Shown here: piece after piece, positions 9,591 through 18,056 of the stretch
Layout: every line of letters begins with the position of its first letter
Numbering within the stretch: position 1 is the first letter of the stretch
IMG/VR virus record: IMGVR_UViG_3300030104_002535
Source of the DNA: an uncultured virus (IMG/VR IMGVR_UViG_3300030104_002535)
Taxonomy: Duplodnaviria; Heunggongvirae; Uroviricota; Caudoviricetes
Direction: 5' to 3' (one strand)
DNA: 64,000 bases
The notes under the pieces: generated by a model
What the model was told of the DNA's origin: nothing
Databases searched by the model: none
The model's input: the letters and a program-made list of their open reading frames with translations, nothing else
Position numbers and translations under genes: made by a program

Positions 9591-10479
9591 ATTCTAAGTT
9601 TTCTTCAGAACTACCGCATTTAATCATATTTTCACGATAATACATAACCAAAGAAAATCTTCTAAAATTTTTTCCATCTCCAACAAGCGGTGTATTACAA
9701 TGCCATTGATGAACATCGCACAATAATAAATCGCAGTTTTGCATATCAACTGCTACTTTCCATTGTGGTAAACAAAAAAGTCCGCCCTTATATTCGCCTG
9801 CTCTTAACACAACTAAATTTCCAAAGCCCTCTTTAAAATCGCCTTTATCTTTATGAACTGCTGTTTGCCAATTACGATTTACAGTCACAGTCGTAAAAGC
9901 TGTATCTTTAATAACAAAGTCTTGATTCGTTTCTTCTGCTATTTTTTTTTGTTTTTTATAATGTTCGGGTGCTAAATCTTTGTAAGATTCGTCAACAAAT
10001 TTTATTAAAGGGTATAATTTTTTAAAATCTTCAAAATTGTTTGCATTAAAAGCAGTTTGCCTGCAATATGGAGTTCTTGTTGTTTTATCAAAATATCCAA
10101 CGATACCACTACCACTTTTAAGCTTTTTCATTTCTTTTGCTTTTTCGCTTTTTAGGTTTACACGTCTTGTTTTTGATTTAACTTGTTTTCCGCTTCTGTT
10201 TGTGACTATGTCTTGTGTTTGTCCTATATGTTTTCCAGAAGCAGTTCCTCTATTATTAAGAGCAAAACCTACTTTTTCACAAGCAGAATATGCTTCTTTT
10301 GCAACGTTCACAGGTATAAAGTTTTTTCTAAACCTGAGTAATGGCTGTTTAGTTTCTTCATCATAAACATCGCAATCATAGTCAATTTTTAATTCATAAC
10401 CATCGTCGCCTATCATTGCCCCCGCAAAATCTTTAAATTCTTCATCAGATATTTGTTTTTTTAAGAATATTTTCCTCAT
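9547..10479 (-). CDS. TET/JBP-family 2OG-Fe(II) dioxygenase
   Basis: NRG.ASG, SGIVGYFD, FTTVTVN.N..TAVHKD (HxD), WHCNTP (distal His), RFSLVMYYRE (2OG-binding Arg). Confidence 0.88.
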   Translation of the reverse strand: MRKIFLKKQISDEEFKDFAGAMIGDDGYELKIDYDCDVYDEETKQPLLRFRKNFIPVNVAKEAYSACEKVGFALNNRGTASGKHIGQTQDIVTNRSGKQVKSKTRRVNLKSEKAKEMKKLKSGSGIVGYFDKTTRTPYCRQTAFNANNFEDFKKLYPLIKFVDESYKDLAPEHYKKQKKIAEETNQDFVIKDTAFTTVTVNRNWQTAVHKDKGDFKEGFGNLVVLRAGEYKGGLFCLPQWKVAVDMQNCDLLLCDVHQWHCNTPLVGDGKNFRRFSLVMYYRENMIKCGSSEENLEYAKNRQAGESIYAN

Positions 10480-11081
10480 TTTACGCCCTGATTTATAATG
10501 AATTGATAAAGAGTGTCGGTTGGGTTTTTAGTTCCATAATCAATTTTTAAAGCGTCAATCCACTTATCAAAAAGCTTTCTTTCTTTAATTGTGAAAAATA
10601 ATTGAATAAGTTTTACTTCGCTATCGTTTATGTCTTCGGGATATTCAGTAAGTTCTACGTCTTCCCCTGTTGCTATAAAATCTAAATCTGCTTTTTTAAT
10701 ACCTAATTCTTGTTCTGCGAAACCCCAATCTAATAGTTCTGTATTATCAAAATTATTAGCAAGAATATCCCAATCCCACTCTCCAGTGTTTTTATTTAAC
10801 CTAACATTTAGTTCTTGTTCTTCTTGCACGTTTAAATCAAGTTCAAAACAAGGAACTTCTTTCATATTTAACATCTTAGCTACTTTATATCTTTGATGCC
10901 CACCAATAATAATATTTTTTCTTTCTTTATTTTTATTAATTATAATCGGGTCTACAAATCCAAATTTTTGAATAGAAGCTTTTAAATCTTCAAATTGTTG
11001 TTCAGTTAATTGCCTTGGGTTGTATTCTGCTTCAATCAATGAATTAATATTTTTTTTAGTTATCTTCATAATATTCTTCAC
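10476..11081 (-). CDS. ParB/Srx-like N-terminal domain protein
   Basis: YNPR, SIQKFGFVDPIIIN, IIGGHQR, LNKNTGEWD; no methyltransferase domain follows. Confidence 0.85.
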   Translation of the reverse strand: MKNIMKITKKNINSLIEAEYNPRQLTEQQFEDLKASIQKFGFVDPIIINKNKERKNIIIGGHQRYKVAKMLNMKEVPCFELDLNVQEEQELNVRLNKNTGEWDWDILANNFDNTELLDWGFAEQELGIKKADLDFIATGEDVELTEYPEDINDSEVKLIQLFFTIKERKLFDKWIDALKIDYGTKNPTDTLYQFIINQGVK

Positions 11082-11295
11082 TCCCTAAACTATAATTTGC
11101 TTCATCAAAAGTTGAGTTGCTATCATCTATCGTAGTCATTTCAATATCTTCATCTCCGTCAGAAAATAAAGTGTTTTCTAAAACTGAGTGATTAAAGTTT
11201 TTAAAATTTTGACTATCACGATATGCTTGATGACCTGCATTTGTGCTATCAATTTCTAAATCAATTTTTTCTAATAATTTTTTTATATCCATCAC
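11056..11295 (-). CDS. Hypothetical acidic protein, first gene of late operon
   Basis: ORF overlapping the ParB gene start. Confidence 0.5.
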   Translation of the reverse strand: MMDIKKLLEKIDLEIDSTNAGHQAYRDSQNFKNFNHSVLENTLFSDGDEDIEMTTIDDSNSTFDEANYSLGSEEYYEDN

Positions 11296-11507
11296 TATTA
11301 TGTGTTTTTTTAGGGTTAAATCATAGGAGAAATATGGCGTGAAGCGATTAAGTGTTGATATTGTTGCATTTAATATTTTTTATCCATTAGGCATTTTTAT
11401 TATTAACCATATTCTTTTATATATTATTGTTTTTATTCTTATTGTAATTAAAAATAATATTTAATAGATAAAAAAAAGTTTTTATTTAATAAAAAATTTA
11501 TTAAGTT

Positions 11508-12074
11508 ATGTGTATGATTAAAAAAACTATAACGAAACCTAATACTAAAAGCTGTGATTGGTATGATAAACTCTATGATGAAATTTATCATTATGAAAAG
11601 TCAGGCGGTTTAATTAGCTTATTTAAAGATAGATATCAAACTTCACTTCAAGAAGATGACGTGAAGTATATAAGGTTATTCAGGTGTTTATATGAACAAC
11701 TTGAACAAACATACCCTTTAATTGATATTCAACAATTTATATATGATGATTACACGCCTGAGTTAATGTATGAATCTATGCATAAATGGGAAGTTCCTTT
11801 GCTTAGTGCGATACGTGGCTCACAAGATAATATCAAACTATATAGAGGACAAATAAAGGGCAAAATAAATGGGTTTAGTTGGACTACTGATAAAAACCTC
11901 GCTTGTTGGTTTGCGACAAGAACAAACACTAAATTTGCCCCAACTTTGATAACCGCTGATGTTCCTACTGATGATATATGGTGTTTTTGGAACGATAGGG
12001 AAGAAAAAGAAGTATTTGCACCGCCAAAGCACATAGAAGAAATAGCGAATAATATAAAAAGCGACATATTATAG
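11508..12074 (+). CDS. Putative ADP-ribosyltransferase-fold protein
   Basis: LYRG...GFSWT...A.WFA...EKEV resembles the R-S-E signature. Confidence 0.5.
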   Translation: MCMIKKTITKPNTKSCDWYDKLYDEIYHYEKSGGLISLFKDRYQTSLQEDDVKYIRLFRCLYEQLEQTYPLIDIQQFIYDDYTPELMYESMHKWEVPLLSAIRGSQDNIKLYRGQIKGKINGFSWTTDKNLACWFATRTNTKFAPTLITADVPTDDIWCFWNDREEKEVFAPPKHIEEIANNIKSDIL

Positions 12075-12246
12075 GTTGGCTACTTTGTTGCTTTTTTAGA
12101 TAGGCTCATAGGTTTTAGACAAGCTTTTATAGAATCCGAAGCTTATGGGCTTATCGTTTTAATGGCATTAAAAAAATATTTATTGCATAAAAACAAAATA
12201 CTTTTATTTTAAAAAAAATGGTTTTAAATTTTGTAAAACAAACTAA

Positions 12247-12450
12247 ATGGAGAATAAAATGAAAATAAACATTAACATACTTAAAGATATTAGAAGAGGT
12301 AAATATAGAGTATTAAATAAAACCGAAAATAAAATTTCTTTGGGTTGGTATCATAACAAAAACGATAATCAATGGCACGCATTTGAATCAATGCGACTTC
12401 AAGATTATTTTCAAAATATTAAAAACCAATACAAAAGTTGGCAAGTATGA
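12247..12450 (+). CDS. Hypothetical early protein (likely start 12259)
   Basis: GGAG RBS before ATG 12259; first gene of a tightly packed operon. Confidence 0.55.
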   Translation: MENKMKININILKDIRRGKYRVLNKTENKISLGWYHNKNDNQWHAFESMRLQDYFQNIKNQYKSWQV

Positions 12451-12641
12451 GAAAAAATTTTGATGAAGTCAATGCTGATATGCTTGAAGAAGCTATTCAA
12501 AAAAAAATCTATAATAAAGTTCAAAAAGAAAACCCTTTGGCAACTAAAAAATACAAGAAAGAACTTTTCACTATTTATAATAATGATAGCAAAATTAGAT
12601 ATCATTACTATAAAGAAATAATGGAGCAATATGAACAATAA
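12438..12641 (+). CDS. Hypothetical protein
   Basis: Overlapping operon gene. Confidence 0.5.
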   Translation: MASMRKNFDEVNADMLEEAIQKKIYNKVQKENPLATKKYKKELFTIYNNDSKIRYHYYKEIMEQYEQ

Positions 12642-12888
12642 AACATATAATGGTTATAAAAACAAAAAGACGTGGAACGTAATGTTGTGGATTAACAATG
12701 ATGAAAGAATATATAACCAATTCAAAGAACTAAATAAAAAAGTTAAATTTACGGCTTTATATGAATCTTGGATTTTAGAATATAAAAAGTATAATCAAAC
12801 AACACCTGACGGAGTTTGTTGGGCGGATAGAAGTATTGATATAGATGAAGTTAATGAACATATAAACGAGTTATTTAGAAATGAGTAA
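12631..12888 (+). CDS. Conserved phage hypothetical (YNG..N..TWNV.LWI.NDE type)
   Basis: Recognisable recurring phage motif; GGAG RBS. Confidence 0.65.
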   Translation: MNNKTYNGYKNKKTWNVMLWINNDERIYNQFKELNKKVKFTALYESWILEYKKYNQTTPDGVCWADRSIDIDEVNEHINELFRNE

Positions 12889-13123
12889 ACCTAAAATAAA
12901 TATAATGGGTATGCCTGTTGCCTTGTTAGATGACATAATACTTTACTTAGAAAGCGGTCAAGGGGATTTAGAATATATTGAAGCAATAGCAAAAGACTTG
13001 AGAAATGTAAGAGAACAATATCAAGATAAGATAAACAAAGAAAAAGAGTTGATACAAAGTAAGCCAAAAGAAGAAGAAAGAATTATTTCGGCTAATCCTT
13101 TATCAGCTGAACACATTGAATAG
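12881..13123 (+). CDS. Hypothetical protein
   Basis: Overlapping operon gene. Confidence 0.5.
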   Translation: MSKPKINIMGMPVALLDDIILYLESGQGDLEYIEAIAKDLRNVREQYQDKINKEKELIQSKPKEEERIISANPLSAEHIE

Positions 13124-13132
13124 GAGAAAATA

Positions 13133-13723
13133 ATGAGTGATAAAAAACCTGAACACTTAAAAGATTATAAGTATGTATGGGAAAGAGTTCGAGATTTTAA
13201 CGAGGATTATCCCAACGGCTCAATAAATAGCACATACGAAATAGATAAAGAATGGCACAACGCAATAACTGATAAAAATTGTAATTGTTTTATAGTAGTT
13301 GCGACTGTGATACCTGATGTATCTAATCCCGATAGGCAAGTTAATGGACTTGCTTATGAAACTGATGATGATGGCTTTGTCAATCGTAAAAACGCATTAG
13401 AAAACTGCGAAACTTCTGCGGTTGGTAGAGCTTTATCTAAGCTTGGATATATAGGTATGGAAGAAGCTATTGATGCACAAGAAATAACACAAAAAGCTAA
13501 ATTAGAATCAATAGGCAAACCGACTAATAGTCAAATAGAAACTCTGAACAATACTATGAAAGAATGTAGAAAAGCGGGATTATTAAGCTTAACCGAATTA
13601 GATAGATATAATGCGAGTCTAAAAAATATGGATATGAAGCTTTGGTCGGATACGTTAAAAGCTTTTGACAATAGATTAATTAAAGATAATCAAAAAAAAC
13701 GTAAAGAAAGCGAGGGCGAATAA
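13133..13723 (+). CDS. Putative single-strand annealing protein (Rad52/Sak-like)
   Basis: Y..V.ERV..F, ALENCETSAVGRAL..LG motif; followed by an SSB-like gene. Confidence 0.6.
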   Translation: MSDKKPEHLKDYKYVWERVRDFNEDYPNGSINSTYEIDKEWHNAITDKNCNCFIVVATVIPDVSNPDRQVNGLAYETDDDGFVNRKNALENCETSAVGRALSKLGYIGMEEAIDAQEITQKAKLESIGKPTNSQIETLNNTMKECRKAGLLSLTELDRYNASLKNMDMKLWSDTLKAFDNRLIKDNQKKRKESEGE

Positions 13724-13974
13724 TGGCAATCAATATTGAAAAAGATAATAGCGGTTTTGCTACCTTAAATAAATATGCTACTACCGAAGCACACCCCAAG
13801 TATAAAGGTGTGGTCAAGGTTAATGATGTTCAAATGGAAGTAGCTTGTTGGATAAAAGAAAGTAAAAAAACAGGCGATAGATATATTTCTTTTCAGTTTC
13901 AAAGCGAAGAAGAGGGAAAGCAGTATAGAAAAAACGAAACGCAAGTTGTTCCTGAAGATGAACTTCCGTTTTAA
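13723..13974 (+). CDS. Small SSB-like protein
   Basis: HPKYKG...ACW.K...YIS and acidic EDELPF tail. Confidence 0.65.
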   Translation: MAINIEKDNSGFATLNKYATTEAHPKYKGVVKVNDVQMEVACWIKESKKTGDRYISFQFQSEEEGKQYRKNETQVVPEDELPF

Positions 13975-14372
13975 TGGCAATTAAAATAACATCATCGGAC
14001 AAGCTTTTTAGTCAATATATTAGAACAAGAGATAAATGGACTTGTCAAAGGTGTAGCAAAAAATATGAGCCACCGACTAACGCCTTGCATTGTTCTCACT
14101 TTCACACGAGAGGAAAGTGGGGCGTCAGATTTGATGATGAAAACTGCGAAGCACTTTGTTATGGTTGCCATAGTTATTTAGGTGGTAATCCAATAGAACA
14201 CGTAGAACATAAAATAAACAAACTTGGTTTTACTAAATTTAAAAAATTGCAACAAAGGTCGCATAAACCTTTGAAAAGTGGTGAAAAGAAATATTTTTTA
14301 TCAAAAGAATTTAGAGCTAAATTAAGGAAAAAATTAAAGAAAGTTGAGGAAAAATGGCTAAACGACAAGTAG
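13974..14372 (+). CDS. NinG/HNH-like nuclease
   Basis: FSQYIR.RD, CxxC, HCSHF, RFD..N...LCxxCH. Confidence 0.8.
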   Translation: MAIKITSSDKLFSQYIRTRDKWTCQRCSKKYEPPTNALHCSHFHTRGKWGVRFDDENCEALCYGCHSYLGGNPIEHVEHKINKLGFTKFKKLQQRSHKPLKSGEKKYFLSKEFRAKLRKKLKKVEEKWLNDK

Positions 14373-14761
14373 AAAATACAATATTTGAAGAAACTTGGTT
14401 TATGGACTTATCAATGGAGTATAAAATATTAGTTTTATATTTCTTTATAACTTCAGACCACGCAGGATTAGGGAATTTAAACTTTGTAATAATTAATACC
14501 ATATTAGGTTATACTTATGATAAAGATGATGTTTTAGTAACATTAGAAGAACATTTAAGAGAATATAAGCCTGGCAAATATCAATTAATTAAATATATGG
14601 ACTTTCACTATACGGAAGATAATAAAAGTAAGATTTATCAATCTGCTTTAAAAAAGCTTAGAAACGAGGGTTTATATAAAACTGAAAACGAGATTGAGTT
14701 TGAAAAGTTTAAAACTAACGGCTTAGTATCAGATAATATGTTAAAAAGGATAAGCAAATAA
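14354..14761 (+). CDS. Putative replication initiator/replisome organiser N-terminal type
   Basis: MAKR...WF..L...K...Y....DHAG pattern seen in phage initiators. Confidence 0.45.
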   Translation: MAKRQVENTIFEETWFMDLSMEYKILVLYFFITSDHAGLGNLNFVIINTILGYTYDKDDVLVTLEEHLREYKPGKYQLIKYMDFHYTEDNKSKIYQSALKKLRNEGLYKTENEIEFEKFKTNGLVSDNMLKRISK

Positions 14762-14762
14762 A

Positions 14763-15062
14763 ATGAAAAATAAAAAACTTAAAGAAGCAATTTATATTGG
14801 TTTAAAAGATAATGTCTATTTAAGAGATTCTGACCATAAATTAGTAGCTTGGATTTGGGGTAAAGAATTAGATGATATGTTTGATACTGATATTTTACAC
14901 CTATTAAACACTAACAGGCTAACTAATTGGGAATCAATAGCAAGGTGTCGCCGTATGCTTCAAGCAGAACACGAAGAACTAAGAGGGAATAATTGGAAAA
15001 AAAGACAAGAAAAGTCTGTTGAAGTTGGTATGAATATTTCTAATTATACGCCCGAACTATGA
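14763..15062 (+). CDS. Hypothetical protein
   Basis: LRDSD..L...IW...ESI.R.RR..Q motif; operon position. Confidence 0.55.
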   Translation: MKNKKLKEAIYIGLKDNVYLRDSDHKLVAWIWGKELDDMFDTDILHLLNTNRLTNWESIARCRRMLQAEHEELRGNNWKKRQEKSVEVGMNISNYTPEL

Positions 15063-15190
15063 AAGAACGTTCATTTAAAAGCAAATTAGCCAATTATTTA
15101 GCTTTTATTATTGTTTTTTTTGGCGTTCCTATAATGGCTTGGTATATATTAGTTTCAATATTAAAATTTTTATATCAATTAATAACATAA
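15059..15190 (+). CDS. Small membrane peptide (43 aa; not in ORF track)
   Basis: MKERSFKSKLANYLAFIIVFFGVPIMAWYILVSILKFLYQLIT; ATGA overlap. Confidence 0.5.
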   Translation: MKERSFKSKLANYLAFIIVFFGVPIMAWYILVSILKFLYQLIT

Positions 15191-15203
15191 TAAAGGGATA
15201 ACT

Positions 15204-15359
15204 ATGACGAAAAAAAAAGAAAAGAGTTTTGATGAGTTGCTTACTATACAAGAAACTATATTAAAAGAATGTTTAAAATTAGATAAATTTGGCTATGAAT
15301 TTATTAGTTTTAACGGAAAAAGCGGTTTTAAGAAAAAAGAGGTCAAAAATGCTAACTAA
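15204..15359 (+). CDS. Small hypothetical protein (51 aa; not in ORF track)
   Basis: AAGGGA RBS; MTKKKEKSFDELL...; fills the gap in the operon. Confidence 0.45.
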   Translation: MTKKKEKSFDELLTIQETILKECLKLDKFGYEFISFNGKSGFKKKEVKNAN

Positions 15360-15675
15360 TCAAGAAAAGTCCTGGATTCAAAGAAAAAAACTCGCAAATC
15401 GGAATCCTAACGTGTCAAAAGATAAAAAAGGATATAACCCTCACTATGAAAAGTTCGGTAAAAATAATGGGGATTTATGGGAAAGAAATGAGCATATTGA
15501 GATACCATTGCCCTTTACAAAAGAAGCAGAACAATGGGAAGCTAATTTTACTGCAAAATATGGGCGTGCCTGGTATTATTTTCAAGGTTGGTCGTTTAAT
15601 AGAAGCCGTAAAAATAAAAATAAAAAATATTGGGTTGAACAATATATGCATAAAAACGAGGAAGACAATGAATAG
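15349..15675 (+). CDS. Hypothetical protein
   Basis: GAGG RBS before ATG 15349 (MLTNQ). Confidence 0.5.
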   Translation: MLTNQEKSWIQRKKLANRNPNVSKDKKGYNPHYEKFGKNNGDLWERNEHIEIPLPFTKEAEQWEANFTAKYGRAWYYFQGWSFNRSRKNKNKKYWVEQYMHKNEEDNE

Positions 15676-15874
15676 TCCTAATGAGAGTGAATTAAAATTA
15701 ACGCAAAATGAAAAAGAACTGCAAATATTAAAAGATTCATATTCAAAAGAAATGTTATCAACTTGTTGTGGTTGGCAACCAGAGGGAAATATTCACTCAA
15801 TCGAGGGTACTTGGTTGGGGTTATGTTCTAAATGTTTAGACCACTGCGATTTTGAGGAAAGCGAATATGAGTGA
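15668..15874 (+). CDS. Small Cys-rich (Zn-finger-like) protein
   Basis: STCCG...GLCSKCLDHC; in-frame ATG 15668. Confidence 0.5.
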   Translation: MNSPNESELKLTQNEKELQILKDSYSKEMLSTCCGWQPEGNIHSIEGTWLGLCSKCLDHCDFEESEYE

Positions 15875-16043
15875 ATTATTAAAATCAGCACAAGCTATTT
15901 TTAAATTAAATTCTCAATGGAATAAAGTCGTTGGGCTTATAAAAGAAATTAGCATAAAACGATACACGCAATCTGAATTTAGAGATTTAATTGATAACAT
16001 AGTAAAAGAGGTTTTTGCCGATGAACGAAATAATGAACATTAA
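15852..16043 (+). CDS. Hypothetical protein
   Basis: GAGG RBS before an internal ATG; operon position. Confidence 0.45.
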   Translation: MRKANMSELLKSAQAIFKLNSQWNKVVGLIKEISIKRYTQSEFRDLIDNIVKEVFADERNNEH

Positions 16044-16290
16044 AATATATCTTGATTTAATGCATAAGTGTTATCACGATATAATGGAAGATATTGTTAA
16101 AATAGATTTTGTTGATATTGTTCAAACTGCTAAAAAAATTAAAGTAAACCCCAATGTAATATATAAAGAAAGATGTAATGAAAGTTGGGCTTACCATTAT
16201 AATAAGTTTGAAAAATCAATTGAAGCGATATTTGGCGATGAAGTTCCTGAACATTTACAACCCCCAAATCAATGTAATGCAGAAGCATAA
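16015..16290 (+). CDS. Hypothetical protein
   Basis: Operon position. Confidence 0.45.
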   Translation: MPMNEIMNIKIYLDLMHKCYHDIMEDIVKIDFVDIVQTAKKIKVNPNVIYKERCNESWAYHYNKFEKSIEAIFGDEVPEHLQPPNQCNAEA

Positions 16291-16357
16291 TTTATTTTCC
16301 TAAAACTCTTTGTATTTCCGAATCTTCGATTTAAATTGAGCTGTAAGCGAAAATAAA

Positions 16358-16597
16358 ATGGAGAAAAAAATGGAAAACCTTACTAAAAAACAATATAAAA
16401 CCTTAATTGGTTTATGCACTAAATACGATGGTTATTTTGTGAAAGCAAAACCAAAGTATATGCCCAACGGATTATTTGAACATAATATTACTATCAAATT
16501 AAATGGTATCAAGGTTGCTGAGTTATACTCAGACAACGATGGTATTGAAGTTTTATTTGGTGGTAAATTTATTCAAGAAAAAATGGAGGGCAACTAA
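16358..16597 (+). CDS. Hypothetical protein (likely start 16370)
   Basis: GGAG RBS and promoter-like upstream region. Confidence 0.55.
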   Translation: MEKKMENLTKKQYKTLIGLCTKYDGYFVKAKPKYMPNGLFEHNITIKLNGIKVAELYSDNDGIEVLFGGKFIQEKMEGN

Positions 16598-16598
16598 G

Positions 16599-17372
16599 AT
16601 GAAATTACACTTAGCAAAAGAAAGAGCAATCACTCTAATGCATAAGCACAATCTTTATGATTGGAAGTTTGCTTGGAATAATAGACAAAAGACTTTTGGT
16701 GTATGTAATTGTTATAAAAAAACTATTTACTTATCAAAAGCTTTAACAGAAGTTAATGAATGGCAACAAGTTAAAGATACAATCTTACACGAAATAGCAC
16801 ACGCTTTAACTCCAGGACACGGGCACGATAACGTGTGGAAAAATATGTGTCGTAAAGTTGGGGCTAAACCGAAAAGACTTTGTTCTGACGGAAAGCTATC
16901 AGTAAGCAAGTTTGTATTACATTGTGATTCTTGCGGAAATCAATACAAAAAATACAGACGTCCTTCAAAAGTTTTCTCTTGCGGAAAATGTGGAACGCCT
17001 AATCGTTGGACGCCTGAAAAATGTATGGTTATAAAAATCAATCCATTGTGGGATAATGAAGCTTCTGAGGAATGTGTTGATATGATGAACTTCTATAATA
17101 GCCAAGTTTTAAAGGCACGTAAAGGCGAAAAGTATAGCTTAAATAGAAAAATGCATTGGAAAAAGAAAGCTGAATTAATGACTGATGAATTAACGTATAG
17201 CGATATTTACGTTTATTTGAACGATGATGATAATACGCCTGATAAGATACTTGAAGAATGTAGGTATCAAATATCACACAATGAAGATTGTGCTGTTGGG
17301 GAAGATGAAAAGTATTTTCTTGAACAAGCGGAATTACTTCAAAACTTTATTAACAAATGGGAGAAAGTATAA
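16599..17372 (+). CDS. SprT-like zinc metalloprotease with Zn ribbon
   Basis: FG.C, ILHEIAHAL (HExxH), GHGH...WK, CxxC...CxxC; GGAGG RBS before ATG 16599. Confidence 0.85.
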   Translation: MKLHLAKERAITLMHKHNLYDWKFAWNNRQKTFGVCNCYKKTIYLSKALTEVNEWQQVKDTILHEIAHALTPGHGHDNVWKNMCRKVGAKPKRLCSDGKLSVSKFVLHCDSCGNQYKKYRRPSKVFSCGKCGTPNRWTPEKCMVIKINPLWDNEASEECVDMMNFYNSQVLKARKGEKYSLNRKMHWKKKAELMTDELTYSDIYVYLNDDDNTPDKILEECRYQISHNEDCAVGEDEKYFLEQAELLQNFINKWEKV

Positions 17373-17668
17373 TGATAAAATCAGATAGGGCTTACGATGA
17401 TATAAAAGAAACTCACGAACAAGTGGATTCATTTAAATATAGATTGGCAAGAAATAAAGTTCTTAAAAATCCTAATAAAATGACGTTTAATCCGCTTGTA
17501 TCTGCACTTCAATATGAATATAGGGTTATGTTAAGGGAAACGAAAGTTATGACGTTTTTGGCACAAAATAGCGATGCAAAATGGTATCTATTCTTCTTTT
17601 TGTATGTTTTATTTGCACTTAACATACTTTTTTGCATATATTTCATAGAATATGCAAAGGCACTTTGA
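17357..17668 (+). CDS. Hypothetical protein with C-terminal TM helix
   Basis: Hydrophobic C-terminus. Confidence 0.5.
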   Translation: MGESIMIKSDRAYDDIKETHEQVDSFKYRLARNKVLKNPNKMTFNPLVSALQYEYRVMLRETKVMTFLAQNSDAKWYLFFFLYVLFALNILFCIYFIEYAKAL

Positions 17669-17948
17669 GTACTACATAGATGATAATTACAAAGAAAATG
17701 AAAACCTCGTTCTGTATGGTAAAGCTATTATGATAGCAAACATACCTGGGCATAAAAACTCTTGGACGCTTAAAGAAAGAAAAGTTTTCTTTTTAAAAGA
17801 TACTTTAACATTTAAGCAATTAGGGGAAACTATGAATGCGAAAGAGCCTACAATTTATGGTATGCATAAAAACGCAATAAAAAAACTTAACCTGATTGTA
17901 AAAAAATTGTTAAGTTCAAGAAGTATGTTCAATGATTTAATTAGTTAG
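17652..17948 (+). CDS. Sigma-70 region-4-like HTH regulator (possible late activator)
   Basis: LKERKVF...LTFKQLGETM......IY.....AIKKL; last early gene. Confidence 0.55.
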   Translation: MQRHFEYYIDDNYKENENLVLYGKAIMIANIPGHKNSWTLKERKVFFLKDTLTFKQLGETMNAKEPTIYGMHKNAIKKLNLIVKKLLSSRSMFNDLIS

Positions 17949-18016
17949 TTAGTTCGTCAATAGGTCAAAAGTCGGTAATGGTTTCTCTTTCTCCATACCA
18001 TACTGACGCTTACAGG

Positions 18017-18047
18017 AAGCCCCACTTATTATTAGTGGGGCTTTTTT
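18017..18047 (+). terminator. Rho-independent terminator between convergent early and tail operons
   Basis: AAGCCCCACT-loop-AGTGGGGCTT followed by T run. Confidence 0.9.
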
Positions 18048-18056
18048 AATATGGAG

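Noticed and set aside
10476..11081. ParB as a plasmid-partition system
   Set aside because: No ParA partner or HTH/parS context; the gene sits in a DNA-modification/packaging operon.
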